DNA from: Terriglobia bacterium | GTDB lineage: Bacteria > Acidobacteriota > Terriglobia > JAJPHL01 > JAPKYU01 | DNA: 64,000 nt | Direction of reading: 5' to 3' | Assembly (NCBI GenBank): GCA_965206645.1 | Contig: CBDBKE010000004.1 | Coordinates: 1,344,001-1,408,000, forward strand | Part shown: piece by piece, positions 11,836 through 22,768 of the stretch | How positions within the stretch are numbered: the first letter of the stretch is position 1 | Layout: each line of letters begins with the position of its first letter | The notes under the pieces: generated by a model | Database searches by the model: none | The model's input: only the letters and a program-made list of their open reading frames with translations | What the model was told of the DNA's origin: nothing | Made by a program: the position numbers and the translations under genes

Positions 11836-13926
11836 TTAGCGCGGCACGGGACTGCCTTGCATCCGGGCAATGATCTCCTCGGCGATGGCCTGCGGCACCA
11901 CGTCGTAGCGCAGGAAATGCATGGAGTGGCTGCCGCGCCCCTGGGTGCGGGAGCGCATGTCGGTCGCATAGCCGAACATCTCGGCCAGCGGCACCACCGC
12001 CTTGATTACCTGGCTGCCTGCGCGCAGTTCCATGCCCTCGATGCGACCACGGCGCCCGTTCAAGTCGCTCATCACATCGCCCATGTATTCCTCGGGCACC
12101 ACCACCTCGACACTCATCACTGGCTCCAACAACAGCGGATTGGCCCGGCGGGCCGCCTCCTTGAACCCAATGGAAGCCGCGATCTTGAAGGCTATCTCCG
12201 AGCTGTCCACCTCATGATAGCTGCCGTCGAGCAGTGTCACTCGCAGGTCCACCAATGCATAGCCGGCCAGGAGGCCGCCCTCCATGGCTTCCTTGATACC
12301 AGCCTCGATGGCAGAAAAGTATTCCCTAGGGATCGCGCCACCGTAGATCTGGTTCACAAACTCGAAGCCCACGCCCGCCACCGGCTCGACTTCCAGCTTG
12401 ACGTGGCCGTACTGGCCGCGTCCCCCGGTCTGCCGGATATACCTGCCTTCGGCGCCGGCCCGCTTGCGGAGGGTCTCGCGATAGGCCACCTGAGGCTTGC
12501 CGACATTGGCCCCTACGTTGAATTCCCGCATCATGCGGTCCACCAAGATTTCCAGGTGCAGTTCGCCCATTCCGGAGATGATCGTCTGGCCGCTGTCAGG
12601 ATCGGTGTGGACCTTGAAGGTGGGATCCTCCAGGGTCAGCTTGCCCAACGCTGCACCCAGCTTTTGCTGATCGGCCTTGGTTTTGGGTTCCACGGCCACC
12701 GAGATCACTGGGGTGGGAAATTCGATGGATTCCAGTATCACCGGCGCCTTCTCATCACAGATGGTGTCGCCGGTGGCGACTCTTTTCAGACCCACGGCCC
12801 CGGCAATGTCGCCGGCCAACACCTCGCTGACTTCCTCGCGCTTGTTGGCGTGCATACGCAGAAGACGGCCAATGCGCTCCCGGCGCTTGCGGGCCACGTT
12901 GTAGATGGCGGAGCCAGCCTCCAAGGTTCCGGAATAGACGCGAAGGAAGGCTAGCTGCCCCACGTAGGGATCGGTCACGAGCTTGAAAACCAGCGCAGCA
13001 AACGGAGCGGCATCGTCAGCGGGCCGCTCGATTGGCGCATCGGTCTCCGGGTGCAGGCCCTCTACCGGAGGAATGTCTGCTGGTGAAGGCAGGTAGTCCA
13101 ACACCGCATCCAGCAACGGTTGCACGCCCTTATTCTTGAAGGAGGCGCCACAAAGAACCGGCACCAGCTTCAAAGCGATTGTTTCGCGCCGCAACGCCGC
13201 CCGCAGCTCTACCACCGGAATTTCCTCTCCGTGCAGGTACTTCCCGAGCAAGGCGTCATCTCGCTCACAGATGGTTTCCACCATCTTCTCGCGGTAGGCC
13301 TTGGCCTGGGCGGCGTACTCTGGCGGGATTTCGCGCTCCTCGTACTCGTCCCCTAGCGTATCGTCGCCGTACAGAATCGCCTTCATGGTCATCAGGTCAA
13401 TGACGCCCTCAAACTTCTCCTCGCTTCCCACAGGGTATTGAATAGCAACGGGATGGGCGCTGAGGCGGGTACGGATCATCGACAGGCATCGGTCAAAGTC
13501 GGCCCCCACGCGGTCCATCTTGTTGACAAAACAGATGCGCGGAACACCGTACTTGTCTGCCTGCCGCCAGACGGTCTCTGACTGCGGCTGGACGCCGGCC
13601 ACCGCATCAAACAGGGCCACGGCACCGTCCAGCACCCGCAGCGAGCGTTCCACCTCGGCCGTGAAATCCACATGGCCAGGCGTGTCGATGATATTAATGG
13701 ACACATCCTTCCAGTAGCAGGTAATGGCAGCGGAGGTGATGGTGATGCCGCGCTCCTGCTCCTGTTCCATCCAGTCCATAACTGCGGTGCCCTCGTCCAC
13801 CTCGCCCAGCCGGTGCGTCTGCCCCGTGTAGTAGAGGATGCGTTCGGTCGTAGTGGTCTTACCGGCATCAATGTGCGCCATGATGCCGATATTCCGCGTC
13901 TTCTCCAGGGGGACCGTTCGCGCCAT
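11836..13926 (-). CDS. fusA: Elongation factor G
   Basis: [32 protein letters not shown]. Confidence 0.99.
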   Translation of the reverse strand: MARTVPLEKTRNIGIMAHIDAGKTTTTERILYYTGQTHRLGEVDEGTAVMDWMEQEQERGITITSAAITCYWKDVSINIIDTPGHVDFTAEVERSLRVLDGAVALFDAVAGVQPQSETVWRQADKYGVPRICFVNKMDRVGADFDRCLSMIRTRLSAHPVAIQYPVGSEEKFEGVIDLMTMKAILYGDDTLGDEYEEREIPPEYAAQAKAYREKMVETICERDDALLGKYLHGEEIPVVELRAALRRETIALKLVPVLCGASFKNKGVQPLLDAVLDYLPSPADIPPVEGLHPETDAPIERPADDAAPFAALVFKLVTDPYVGQLAFLRVYSGTLEAGSAIYNVARKRRERIGRLLRMHANKREEVSEVLAGDIAGAVGLKRVATGDTICDEKAPVILESIEFPTPVISVAVEPKTKADQQKLGAALGKLTLEDPTFKVHTDPDSGQTIISGMGELHLEILVDRMMREFNVGANVGKPQVAYRETLRKRAGAEGRYIRQTGGRGQYGHVKLEVEPVAGVGFEFVNQIYGGAIPREYFSAIEAGIKEAMEGGLLAGYALVDLRVTLLDGSYHEVDSSEIAFKIAASIGFKEAARRANPLLLEPVMSVEVVVPEEYMGDVMSDLNGRRGRIEGMELRAGSQVIKAVVPLAEMFGYATDMRSRTQGRGSHSMHFLRYDVVPQAIAEEIIARMQGSPVPR

Positions 13927-14037
13927 GACTTTTCAGATTGAAGAGCGAGGAATGAAAAGTGAAGCATCAGCCCAGAATCCACCGGACCCATCTACCACTT
14001 CATTCGGAACTCTTACTTCTTCTTTCTCCCCTTCTCC

Positions 14038-14508
14038 TTACCAACGATAGTGAGCAAACGCTTTGTTGGCGTCCGCCGTTCGGTGCGTCTCATCTTTTTT
14101 CTTCATGGCGCCGCCCCGGTTGCTGGCGGCATCCATGATTTCTCTGGTCAGCTTTTCCACCATGCCCTTCTCGCTTCGACCTCGCGCGTAGGCGAGCAGC
14201 CAGCGGACGCTGAGGCTGGTTCGGCGGTTGCTGTTCACTTCCACTGGCACCTGATAGTTGGCGCCGCCTACGCGCCGGGTCTTGACCTCCAGCAGCGGCC
14301 GGCAGTTTTCCACCGCCTTCTTGAACACCTTGACCGGGTCGTCGTTGGTCCGCTGCCGGATCTTGTCCATCGAGGTGTAGAAGATCTTCTCGGCCACCGA
14401 TTTCTTGCCATCCCACATCATGCAACTGATGAATTTCCGCACCAGTGTGCTGTTATACAAAGGGTCCGACAGGACCTCACGGCGATCGACCATGCCTTTG
14501 CGTGGCAT
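14038..14508 (-). CDS. rpsG: 30S ribosomal protein S7
   Basis: [21 protein letters not shown]. Confidence 0.98.
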   Translation of the reverse strand: MPRKGMVDRREVLSDPLYNSTLVRKFISCMMWDGKKSVAEKIFYTSMDKIRQRTNDDPVKVFKKAVENCRPLLEVKTRRVGGANYQVPVEVNSNRRTSLSVRWLLAYARGRSEKGMVEKLTREIMDAASNRGGAMKKKDETHRTADANKAFAHYRW

Positions 14509-14549
14509 CGTTACACCTCAAACCAAAGTTCGCCCGGGCGATTTCCCGA

Positions 14550-14924
14550 TCAAGTCTTGAGCCGCTTGGCGCCGTACTTGCTCCGGCCTTGTTTGCGGTC
14601 GCCGACCCCGGCCGCGTCCAGCGTTCCCCGGATGACGTGGTAGCGCACACCCGGCAAGTCCTTCACGCGGCCACCCCGAATGAGGACGATGGAGTGCTCC
14701 TGCAGGTTGTGGCCGACGCCAGGGATATAAGTGGTGACCTCGATGCTGTTGGTCAACCGCACCCGCGCCACCTTGCGCAAGGCCGAATTCGGCTTCTTAG
14801 GAGTCTGCGTGTACACGCGCGTGCAGACTCCCCGCTTCTGCGGACACTTCTGCAAGGCCGGGCTAGCTGTCTTATACCTGGGGGGGCGCCGCCCCAAGCG
14901 AACTAATTGATTGAACGTCGGCAC
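14550..14924 (-). CDS. rpsL: 30S ribosomal protein S12
   Basis: GTG start [28 protein letters not shown]. Confidence 0.98.
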   Translation of the reverse strand: MPTFNQLVRLGRRPPRYKTASPALQKCPQKRGVCTRVYTQTPKKPNSALRKVARVRLTNSIEVTTYIPGVGHNLQEHSIVLIRGGRVKDLPGVRYHVIRGTLDAAGVGDRKQGRSKYGAKRLKT

Positions 14925-15266
14925 AAAACATCCTTTACCCCTGACCTGGCTCGACACGCACAGAACCACTCAGAGGCTGCTTTTGGCCTACCCGTACCTT
15001 GGGTTGTCTACCCGAGTGATCCCCCGCTTGACGGGGACAGGCGCGCCATAGTGATCCTGAACGTGTTCAGGACTTGGCGGCGTGCCTTAAGGTACCCCAA
15101 ACAAGGGGGTGAAGTGTGGCCCTTTCCTGCAACCCACCGGTTGAAGAACGGGACCTGCGAGGATCTCCCTTTCGGGAAAGCTGAAAGACCAGCCGCTCCT
15201 TTCGGCCATGGCCTTGACCTTGCAAGGCGGTGGCCTACTGGGAGCTAGAAACTCCCGCGAAGCGCC

Positions 15267-15295
15267 ACTATACACGTGGTTATGAATTCGGTCAA
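15267..15295 (-). promoter_or_regulatory. sigma70-type promoter for the str operon
   Basis: Minus strand TTGACC-N17-TATAGT between frr and rpsL. Confidence 0.7.
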
Positions 15296-15333
15296 TAGCT
15301 GGATGAACCCGGTCAATCCAGGGAAAGCGGATC

Positions 15334-15939
15334 CTATACGTGCAGGATATCTTGTTCCTTGACCGCTCCCAAATCCTCAACCCTCTTGACGTACTCGTCG
15401 GTCATTTTCTGCACATCCTCGTGAGCCTTGTGTTCCTCGTCCTCGCCGATCTTTTTTTCCTTGAGTAGGCGCTTGATCTGTTCGTTGCCGTCACGGCGGA
15501 TGTTGCGGACCGCGATCCGGTGATCCTCCAGGACGCGGTGCAGGCGCTTGACCAGATCTTTGCGCCGTTCCTCGGTCAGCGACGGGATGGGCACGCGAAT
15601 CAACTTGCCGTCGCTGACCGGATTGAGTCCCAGATCGGAAGCGCGGATGGCTTTCTCGACAGCGGGAATCTGAGAGACATCCCAGGGCTGCACGAACAGC
15701 ATGTTAGGCTCCGGGACGGTGAGGGTGGCCAGCTGGTTCACCGGCGTTGGCGTGCCGTAGTAGTCCACTGAGACATGGTCTAGCAAGCCAACCGTGGCCC
15801 GTCCCGTGCGAATGCTCGCCAGTTCCAGGCGCAGGTCTTGCAGCGTCTTCTCCATTCGTGAGTGGCTCTGGGCCTGGATGTCCCATGCTGTCAACGCTTC
15901 GGCTTTGCCAGCTTCCGCCTCGTGCGCCATGACTTCCAC
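15334..15939 (-). CDS. frr: Ribosome recycling factor
   Basis: IRTGRA, VDYYGTPTP, LTEERRKDLVK, AVRNIRRD; start may be ATG 15930. Confidence 0.97.
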   Translation of the reverse strand: MEVMAHEAEAGKAEALTAWDIQAQSHSRMEKTLQDLRLELASIRTGRATVGLLDHVSVDYYGTPTPVNQLATLTVPEPNMLFVQPWDVSQIPAVEKAIRASDLGLNPVSDGKLIRVPIPSLTEERRKDLVKRLHRVLEDHRIAVRNIRRDGNEQIKRLLKEKKIGEDEEHKAHEDVQKMTDEYVKRVEDLGAVKEQDILHV

Positions 15940-15976
15940 CTCCCCAAGAAGCAGCTTTAGCTTTAACTGACCAGGC

Positions 15977-16687
15977 TTAACTGACCAGCGAGCCGACCTT
16001 TTCCCCCAGCATCACGCGGCGCAGATTGCCAGACGGCTGCAGGTTGAACACCACAATTGGCAGGTTGTGGTCGCGACACAGGCTGATCGCAGTGGAATCC
16101 ATCACTCCCAGATCGCGCGAAATCACTTCCAGGTAGGAGATCTGCGGGAACAACTTGGCGTCTTTCACCTTGACCGGGTCCGCATCAAAGATCCCTTCCA
16201 CCTTGGTCCCCTTCAGGACCACGTCCGCCTTGATCTCCATGGCGCGCAGGGCGGCGGCGGTGTCGGTGGAGAAGTAGGGGCTACCGGTGCCAGCAGCAAA
16301 GATCACGACCCTGCCTTTTTCCAGGTGGCGAATCGCCCGACGGCGAATGAACAGCTCGGCCACCTGGCGCATTTCGATGGCCGTCATCAAGCGGGTGAAG
16401 CGTCCAATCTTTTCCAGCGCGTCCTGCAACGCCAGCCCGTTGATGACGGTGGCCAGCATGCCCATCTGGTCGGCCGCGACGCGGTCCATCTCGCGGGCAG
16501 ATTCGGAGACGCCCCGGAAAAAATTACCGCCGCCCAACACGATGGCCAGCTCCACACCCAGTTTTCGAACTTCGCCGATCTGGGCCGCTAGTTCCTGTAC
16601 CGCTTCCGGATGGACGCCAAAACCCTGCCCGCCCGCCAGAGCTTCGCCACTCAACTTCAGCAGCACACGCTTGAAGATCGGCTGCAT
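15977..16687 (-). CDS. pyrH: UMP kinase
   Basis: [30 protein letters not shown]. Confidence 0.98.
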   Translation of the reverse strand: MQPIFKRVLLKLSGEALAGGQGFGVHPEAVQELAAQIGEVRKLGVELAIVLGGGNFFRGVSESAREMDRVAADQMGMLATVINGLALQDALEKIGRFTRLMTAIEMRQVAELFIRRRAIRHLEKGRVVIFAAGTGSPYFSTDTAAALRAMEIKADVVLKGTKVEGIFDADPVKVKDAKLFPQISYLEVISRDLGVMDSTAISLCRDHNLPIVVFNLQPSGNLRRVMLGEKVGSLVS

Positions 16688-16739
16688 CCGGCTCTTTCGA
16701 AGATCGGCTTGGCGAGCTTCCCTGGCCCGCCACGGCGGG

Positions 16740-17399
16740 CTACTGTGCCACCGCTTCGGGCACCGTTTCAGCCGGTGGCGGAACCTGCGCCACCGACTCG
16801 CCTACCTTGAAGCGCACGAAGCGCTGCACGATGATGTTCTCTCCTACCTTGGCAATTTTGGAGGCAATCCAGTCGGCCACGTTCAGGCTCGGGTCTTTTA
16901 TGAAATGCTGATCCAACAGGCAGAACTCTTGGTAATACTTGTGGAGCTGGCCTTCCACGATGCGCTCGGCAACCTGCGGTGGCTTGCCCCCGGCCTGAGC
17001 TTTGGCGCGGGCGATGTCGCGCTCCCTCTCCAGCACTTCGGGGAGGACGTCTTCGCGGCGGATGTAGTGCGGGTCCGTCGCCGCAATGTGCATGGCCAGG
17101 TCATGCACCAGTTCCTGAAACTCAGCGGTGCGGGCAACGAAATCGGTTTCGCAATTGACCTCCACCAGAACCCCAATCTTGCCGCCCGCGTGGATGTAGT
17201 TGCCCACGCTGCCTTCGGCGGTGGTCCGGCCGGCCTTTTTCTGCGCCGTGGCGATGCCCCTCTTCCGGAGCACCACTTCGGCCTCGGCCAGATCCGCCTT
17301 GGCCTCGATCAGCGCCTTCCTACACTCCAGCAACGGGGCTCCGGTTTTCTCCCGAAGCTGTTTCACCAGCTGCGCGCCAACCGTCCTTTCCTCTGCCAT
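16740..17399 (-). CDS. tsf: Elongation factor Ts (short form)
   Basis: [20 protein letters not shown]. Confidence 0.97.
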   Translation of the reverse strand: MAEERTVGAQLVKQLREKTGAPLLECRKALIEAKADLAEAEVVLRKRGIATAQKKAGRTTAEGSVGNYIHAGGKIGVLVEVNCETDFVARTAEFQELVHDLAMHIAATDPHYIRREDVLPEVLERERDIARAKAQAGGKPPQVAERIVEGQLHKYYQEFCLLDQHFIKDPSLNVADWIASKIAKVGENIIVQRFVRFKVGESVAQVPPPAETVPEAVAQ

Positions 17400-17456
17400 T
17401 CTTCCTCTACTCTCCGGCTCTACTCTCCGGTCTTGCGAATCCTGTTCAGAACGACC

Positions 17457-18410
17457 TCAGGGGAGTTGCGCAGGTGGCTTCGCGGTGGCCAACGAGTGAT
17501 CCTCATCCTGCCTCGAGTTCCCGTTCGCTTCCTCCACCGCTTCCGGCACGCGTTCCGGTTCGGCTTGCGCCTCCGGGGCTTTGCCCGGTGCCTCGACTTC
17601 GCCTTCCACCGCTGTTTCCTCCTGGATTACTACGGGCGCAGTCTTCACAAGAAAATAGTCGGTGTCGGCTGGACCGGTTTCCTCTTCTCCCTCGGCGGCC
17701 TTCTCCGCCTCCAGCACCGCATCCTTGGCCAGAGCGCGACCTTCAACGACAGAATCAGCAATCTTAGAGGTAAACAAGCGGATGGCCCGAAGCGCGTCGT
17801 CGTTGCCCGGGATGACGAAATCCACCTCATCCGGGTCACAATTGGTGTCTACGATGGCCACCACCGGAATCCCCAGCTTGCGCGCCTCGCGCACCGCAAT
17901 TTGTTCCTTCTGGGAATCAATAACAAAAAGCGCGTCCGGGAGTCCGGGAATGTCCTTGATACCCGACAGGTTCTGGTCCAGGTGCTTGCGCTCGCGCTCC
18001 AGCCGGACCACCTCTTTCTTCAGGAGCATCTCGAAGCGGCCGTCCTGGGCCATGGCCTCCAGCTCTTTCAGGCGCTTGATGGACTTCTGTACCGTGGCGT
18101 AATTGGTCAGCAGCCCGCCCAGCCAGCGCTGGTTCACGAAGAACATTTCGCAACGCCGGGCCGCCTCGGCGATGGCTTCCTGTGCCTGCCGTTTAGTTCC
18201 AACAAACAGAATCGTCTTGCCCTGGGAAGCCAGCTCGGCAATGAACCTAGCCGCCTCCTTGAACAATTTCAGGGTCTTTTGCAGGTCAATGATGTAGATG
18301 CCGTTCCGCTCCCCGAAGATGTACTCCTTCATCTTGGGGTTCCACCGCCTGGTTTGATGCCCGAAGTGAACTCCAGCTTCGAGCAGCTCCTTCATGGTAA
18401 TTGCCGGCAA
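17457..18410 (-). CDS. rpsB: 30S ribosomal protein S2 with long acidic C-terminal tail
   Basis: [26 protein letters not shown]; TTG start after GGAGGAGG. Confidence 0.98.
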   Translation of the reverse strand: MPAITMKELLEAGVHFGHQTRRWNPKMKEYIFGERNGIYIIDLQKTLKLFKEAARFIAELASQGKTILFVGTKRQAQEAIAEAARRCEMFFVNQRWLGGLLTNYATVQKSIKRLKELEAMAQDGRFEMLLKKEVVRLERERKHLDQNLSGIKDIPGLPDALFVIDSQKEQIAVREARKLGIPVVAIVDTNCDPDEVDFVIPGNDDALRAIRLFTSKIADSVVEGRALAKDAVLEAEKAAEGEEETGPADTDYFLVKTAPVVIQEETAVEGEVEAPGKAPEAQAEPERVPEAVEEANGNSRQDEDHSLATAKPPAQLP

Positions 18411-18432
18411 AACACCTCCTCCCGTCTCAACG

Positions 18433-18539
18433 GACGTAATGGAATCCTACTCCCCCTCACCTTGCCCACCTTAGCGTGGACGGACACAACTCCAATTTCT
18501 CCCCTGGGCCGTCAGCCTGCAGAGCTCCACCATTACGTC
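18433..18539 (-). promoter_or_regulatory. Structured rpsB 5' leader (candidate S2 autoregulatory, t44-like)
   Basis: Perfect 10-bp inverted repeat GACGTAATGG (18433-18442) / CCATTACGTC (18530-18539) just upstream of the rpsB RBS. Confidence 0.5.
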
Positions 18540-18619
18540 AGGTGAAGATTCAGGTTCCTCTCCGGCACGCTTCCGCGCTCGAAAGCCCCGGAAAAAAAGC
18601 GCCCAGAGACCGCTTACGC

Positions 18620-19093
18620 TTAACGCTTGGAGTACTGGAAGCGTTTGCGCGCGCCGGGCTGGCCGTACTTCTTGCGCTCGTGGATGCGAGGGTCGCGGGT
18701 GAGGAAACCAAGCTTCTTGAGCTTTTTTCTCAAGTCGAGGTCGTATTCCAGCAGCGCGCGCGCGATTCCTAGCCGGATCGCGTCCGCCTGGCCCGTGAGC
18801 CCGCCGCCGGCGGCGGTTGCCCGTATGTCCAATCTCCCCACCAGTTCCACGGCCTGGAGTGGCTGTTGGATGATGGTCTGCATCGCCCGGCCGGGAAAGT
18901 ACTGCTCCAGGGGTCTCCCGTTCACCACCATCTCACCTGGGCCCGGCCGAAGAAACACACGCGCTACGCTCCTCTTACGACGGCCCGTCCCGTAGAACTG
19001 CCTCCCGTCAGCCGGCACCTCCACCCCAGCGAGTTGCGGTTGCGGGTCTTGCAGTGGTTGCTGCTCTTGTGTTTGCTCGCTCGCCTCAGCCAT
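18620..19093 (-). CDS. rpsI: 30S ribosomal protein S9
   Basis: GTGRRKRSVARV, ERKKYGQPGARKRFQYSKR. Confidence 0.98.
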   Translation of the reverse strand: MAEASEQTQEQQPLQDPQPQLAGVEVPADGRQFYGTGRRKRSVARVFLRPGPGEMVVNGRPLEQYFPGRAMQTIIQQPLQAVELVGRLDIRATAAGGGLTGQADAIRLGIARALLEYDLDLRKKLKKLGFLTRDPRIHERKKYGQPGARKRFQYSKR

Positions 19094-19104
19094 GTCCTAA
19101 CCTT

Positions 19105-19182
19105 GAGTCACACCGGCTCTGTTCACCAACGAGTCACACCGGCTCTGTTCACCAACGAGTCACACCGGCTCTGTTCACCAAC
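19105..19182. repeat. Three exact tandem copies of a 26-bp unit spanning the rplM stop codon
   Basis: GAGTCACACCGGCTCTGTTCACCAAC at 19105, 19131, 19157 with no spacers. Confidence 0.97.
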
Positions 19183-19603
19183 CAAGCACTTCCGGCGTCT
19201 GTGCTTGATGCGGGTGCTTGTCGCCCACATAGACGCGCAACTTTCGAGCCATAGCTTTGCCCAGCTTGGTCTTGGGAAGCATGCCTTTGACGGCCTTCTC
19301 AACCATGCGGGTCGGACGCCGGGCCAGCAGGTGCCGCGCGCGCAGCTCCACCAGTCCTCCCGGATAGCCGGTATGGTGACGATAAATCTTTTTCTCTAGC
19401 TTCTGCCCCGTCAGACGGACCTTGGCGGCATTAATCACGATCACATGGTCGCCGGTGTCCAGAAAGGTCGTGTACTGCGGCTTGTGCTTGCCCATCAAGA
19501 TCACGGCCACGCGCGCAGCCAAGCGCCCCAGCACCTGGCCTTCGGCGTCCGTCACAAACCACTTTCGCACCACCTGGCCCGCAGTTGGAACGTACGTTGA
19601 CAT
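19175..19603 (-). CDS. rplM: 50S ribosomal protein L13
   Basis: [27 protein letters not shown]. Confidence 0.98.
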   Translation of the reverse strand: MSTYVPTAGQVVRKWFVTDAEGQVLGRLAARVAVILMGKHKPQYTTFLDTGDHVIVINAAKVRLTGQKLEKKIYRHHTGYPGGLVELRARHLLARRPTRMVEKAVKGMLPKTKLGKAMARKLRVYVGDKHPHQAQTPEVLGW

Positions 19604-19641
19604 CCAGTCGAAATCCTCCGCTTTCCCGGTGCAAAACTATT

Positions 19642-19670
19642 AACTTACTGGAACTCCGGCAGGATGTCAA
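19642..19670 (-). promoter_or_regulatory. sigma70-type promoter for rplM-rpsI
   Basis: Minus strand TTGACA-N17-TAAGTT about 40 nt upstream of rplM. Confidence 0.6.
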
Positions 19671-19734
19671 ACCCGCCAGTTCAGAGCTGCCCAATCCATG
19701 GGGCACGACGGGAAGCGCCGACACCCATCAAGGT

Positions 19735-22572
19735 TTAGGATGGCCCAGTCGCCAGCAGGTGCCGCAGGACGTAAGGCAGGATGCCGCCGTGCTGAAAGTA
19801 GGCAAGCTCCTGCGGTGTGTCAATCCGTGTGATCGCAGTAAAAGTTTTTTCTGCGCCTTCGGAGTTGCGAACGAGTACGGTGAGTTGCTTCCGAGGCGTC
19901 AAGTCCGAAGAGACCCCTTCAATGTCGTAGCCTTCCTGGCCGGTCAGTCCCAGGCTGGAGGCGCTCTGCCCATCCTGGAATTGCAGCGGCAGCACCCCCA
20001 TGCCCACCAGGTTGCTACGGTGGATGCGCTCGAAGCTCTCGGCGATGACAGCCCGGACGCCCAGCAGGCGCACCCCCTTTGCTGCCCAATCCCGCGAGGA
20101 GCCCGCGCCGTATTCCTTACCCGCCAGGACCAGCAGCGGCACGCCTTCGCTGGCGTACTTCATTGCCGCGTCAAAAATGGGGAGCAGCTCTCGGTCCGGA
20201 AAGTGAAGTGTCCAGTTGCCTTCCGTGCCGGGCACCAGCAGGTTGCGCAGGCGAATGTTGCCGAACGTGCCGCGCATCATCACTTCATGGTTGCCGCGGC
20301 GCGCGCCAAAGCTGTTGAACTCCCGCGGCTGGACTCCTCGGGCAATCAGATACTTGCCGGCAGGGCCGTCGGCGGGAATCGAGCCAGCCGGTGAGATGTG
20401 GTCGGTGGTGACGCTGTCGCCCAGCAGGGCCAGCACACGCGCTCCACGAACATCCGGAACCGTCGCCGGTTCTGGGGTAAGGTCCTCAAGAAAGGGTGGC
20501 CGCTTGATGTAGGTGGAGTCCGGGTCCCAGGTAAAAAGATCGCCCTCGGGAACGCCCAGCGAATTCCAGTTCTCGTCTCCATTGAAAGCATCGGCATTGG
20601 CCCGCTGGAACAATTCGGCGCGCACGGTGGAGGTGATGGCTTGCTGGATCTCCTCCTGGGTTGGCCAGATCTCGCTCAGGTAGACGGGCCGGCCTTGGGG
20701 GTCGTAGGCCAGCGGCTCGCGGTGAATATCCAGGTCCATGCGGCCGGCGAGGGCGTAAGCGACCACCAGCGGCGGAGAGGCCAGGTAATTGGCGCGCACC
20801 AGCGGCTGGATACGGCCCTCGAAGTTGCGGTTCCCGCTCAGGACGGAAACGACCACAAGCTGCTTCTCCTTGACCTGCTGAGCGACCGTTTCCGGCAGAG
20901 GTCCGCTGTTACCGATGCAGGTGGTGCAGCCGTAGCCAACCAGATAAAAACCCAGCTTCTCCAGGTAGGACAGCAAGCCCGTTTCGCGCAAATACTCGGT
21001 GACCACCTTGGAACCCGGAGCCAAGCTGGTCTTCACCCAGGGTTTCGGCTTGAGGCCGCGCTCCAATGCTTTCTTGGCCACCAAGCCTGCCCCGACCATA
21101 ACCGTGGGGTTGGAGGTGTTGGTGCAACTGGTGATGGCAGCAATCACCACCGAGCCGTGCTGGAGGCTCTCCTGCTCTTCCGTGACCTGCACCGTGGTGG
21201 CCTCGGGCTCCGCGGCTCCCGGCGGGACCGGGGCACGATGCATCGTATTAGCAGAGGCGTCAATTTTATCGTGCCGCTGCAGGGGATTGACCGGCAGCGA
21301 CTGCGGCTTGCCGTCGCCGTTGCCCCGGGCCTTCGTCTGGGGTGGCACTGCCTTCAGCATTTGCTCCAGCGCTTCCAGAAATTTCTCCTTCGCCTGGCGC
21401 AAAACCACGCGATCCTGCGGGCGCTTGGGCCCGGCCAGGCTGGGCTCCACATCGGCCAGATCCAGCTCCATGGTGTCGGAGTAGCGGGCCTCCGGGCTCT
21501 CCGGGGTCACAAACAACCCTTGCTCCTTGCTGTAGCTTTCCACCTGGCGGACGTGCTCGGGGCTGCGCCCGGTGAGCCGCAAGTAGGTCAGCGTCTGCTC
21601 ATCAATCGGGAAGATGGCAGCCGTGGCTCCGTACTCCGGAGCCATGTTGCTGATGGTGGCGCGGTCAGCGACCGGCAGGTTTACTAATCCTGGACCGTAG
21701 AACTCCACAATCTTTCCTACCACTCCCTTGCCGCGAAGCATCTGTGTGATAGTCAGGACCAGGTCGGTGGCAGTCACGCCCTCGGCCAGCCGGCCCTTCA
21801 GGCGGAAGCCGACCACCTCCGGGATCAGCATGGAGATAGCCTGGCCCAGCATGGCCGCCTCGGCCTCGATGCCTCCCACACCCCAGCCCAGCACGCCAAT
21901 GCCGTTGATCATGGTCGTATGCGAGTCAGTGCCGACCAGCGTGTCCGGGTAGAGCAGCGCCCGGTCGCTGTGACGCGAGCAGAACACCACCCGCGCCAGA
22001 CTCTCTAGATTCACCTGGTGCACGATGCCGGTGTCGGGCGGCACGACTCGGAAGTTGCGAAACACCTTCTGAGCCCACCGCAGGAACAAGTAACGCTCGC
22101 GGTTTCGCTCAAACTCCAGTTGCGCGTTTTGCCCAAAGGCAGACGCCGAGCCGAAGTAGTCCACTTGCACCGAATGGTCAATGACCAGCTCGACCGGCTG
22201 CAGCGGGTTTACTTTCACCGGGTCGCCGCCCATGCGCTGGACCGCGTCGCGCATCGCCGCCAAGTCCGCCACGCAGGGCACGCCGGTGAAGTCCTGGAGC
22301 AGGACGCGCGCCGGGAGAAACGCAATTTCATGGTCGCGCATCGCCGGGTCCGATTTAGCCAGGGCTGGATCCCATTTGGCCAGGGCTAGGATGTCGTCCT
22401 GCTTGACGACAGTCCCATCCTCATGCCGGAGCAGGTTCTCCAGCAGAATCCTCAGCGAATAGGGCAGACGGGAGATAGAGCCCACACCTTGCTGCTCCAA
22501 CCCTGGCAGGCTGTGAAAGTGAAACACCTCTCCGTTGATGGGAAGCTCGGCCAAGCTGTTGAAGCTATTCAC
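19735..22572 (-). CDS. acnA: Aconitate hydratase A
   Basis: [46 protein letters not shown]; start estimated at GTG 22572. Confidence 0.97.
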   Translation of the reverse strand: MNSFNSLAELPINGEVFHFHSLPGLEQQGVGSISRLPYSLRILLENLLRHEDGTVVKQDDILALAKWDPALAKSDPAMRDHEIAFLPARVLLQDFTGVPCVADLAAMRDAVQRMGGDPVKVNPLQPVELVIDHSVQVDYFGSASAFGQNAQLEFERNRERYLFLRWAQKVFRNFRVVPPDTGIVHQVNLESLARVVFCSRHSDRALLYPDTLVGTDSHTTMINGIGVLGWGVGGIEAEAAMLGQAISMLIPEVVGFRLKGRLAEGVTATDLVLTITQMLRGKGVVGKIVEFYGPGLVNLPVADRATISNMAPEYGATAAIFPIDEQTLTYLRLTGRSPEHVRQVESYSKEQGLFVTPESPEARYSDTMELDLADVEPSLAGPKRPQDRVVLRQAKEKFLEALEQMLKAVPPQTKARGNGDGKPQSLPVNPLQRHDKIDASANTMHRAPVPPGAAEPEATTVQVTEEQESLQHGSVVIAAITSCTNTSNPTVMVGAGLVAKKALERGLKPKPWVKTSLAPGSKVVTEYLRETGLLSYLEKLGFYLVGYGCTTCIGNSGPLPETVAQQVKEKQLVVVSVLSGNRNFEGRIQPLVRANYLASPPLVVAYALAGRMDLDIHREPLAYDPQGRPVYLSEIWPTQEEIQQAITSTVRAELFQRANADAFNGDENWNSLGVPEGDLFTWDPDSTYIKRPPFLEDLTPEPATVPDVRGARVLALLGDSVTTDHISPAGSIPADGPAGKYLIARGVQPREFNSFGARRGNHEVMMRGTFGNIRLRNLLVPGTEGNWTLHFPDRELLPIFDAAMKYASEGVPLLVLAGKEYGAGSSRDWAAKGVRLLGVRAVIAESFERIHRSNLVGMGVLPLQFQDGQSASSLGLTGQEGYDIEGVSSDLTPRKQLTVLVRNSEGAEKTFTAITRIDTPQELAYFQHGGILPYVLRHLLATGPS

Positions 22573-22768
22573 TGTTGTGTTCCGGGCAGCGTCGTGTTCC
22601 GGGCAGCCCTCGGACTTGTTTCCTCCACAGTATCCCATGGGCGGTAGGAGACGGGCCAGGTTTTGTTTGCCGACCGGCTGGCCGGCTGGCCGGCTGAGGC
22701 AAGCAAACTGTGGCACAATCTATTTATCCGGCTATTTATCCGGCTATTCATTGCGGCAACTCGCTGTC

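Noticed and set aside
16287-18545. 752-aa plus-strand ORF (also 10540-11784, 11791-12954, 20398-21687, 45836-47140, 57354-59327)
   Set aside because: Antisense shadows of well-supported minus-strand genes, expected in high-GC DNA; no motifs.
19105-19182. CRISPR array
   Set aside because: The 26-bp units are contiguous with no spacers, overlap rplM, and no cas genes are present.
22573-22768. Overlapping N-terminal extensions of acnA and the glycosyltransferase in the ORF track
   Set aside because: Artefacts of longest-ORF calling; conserved sequence starts later in both genes.
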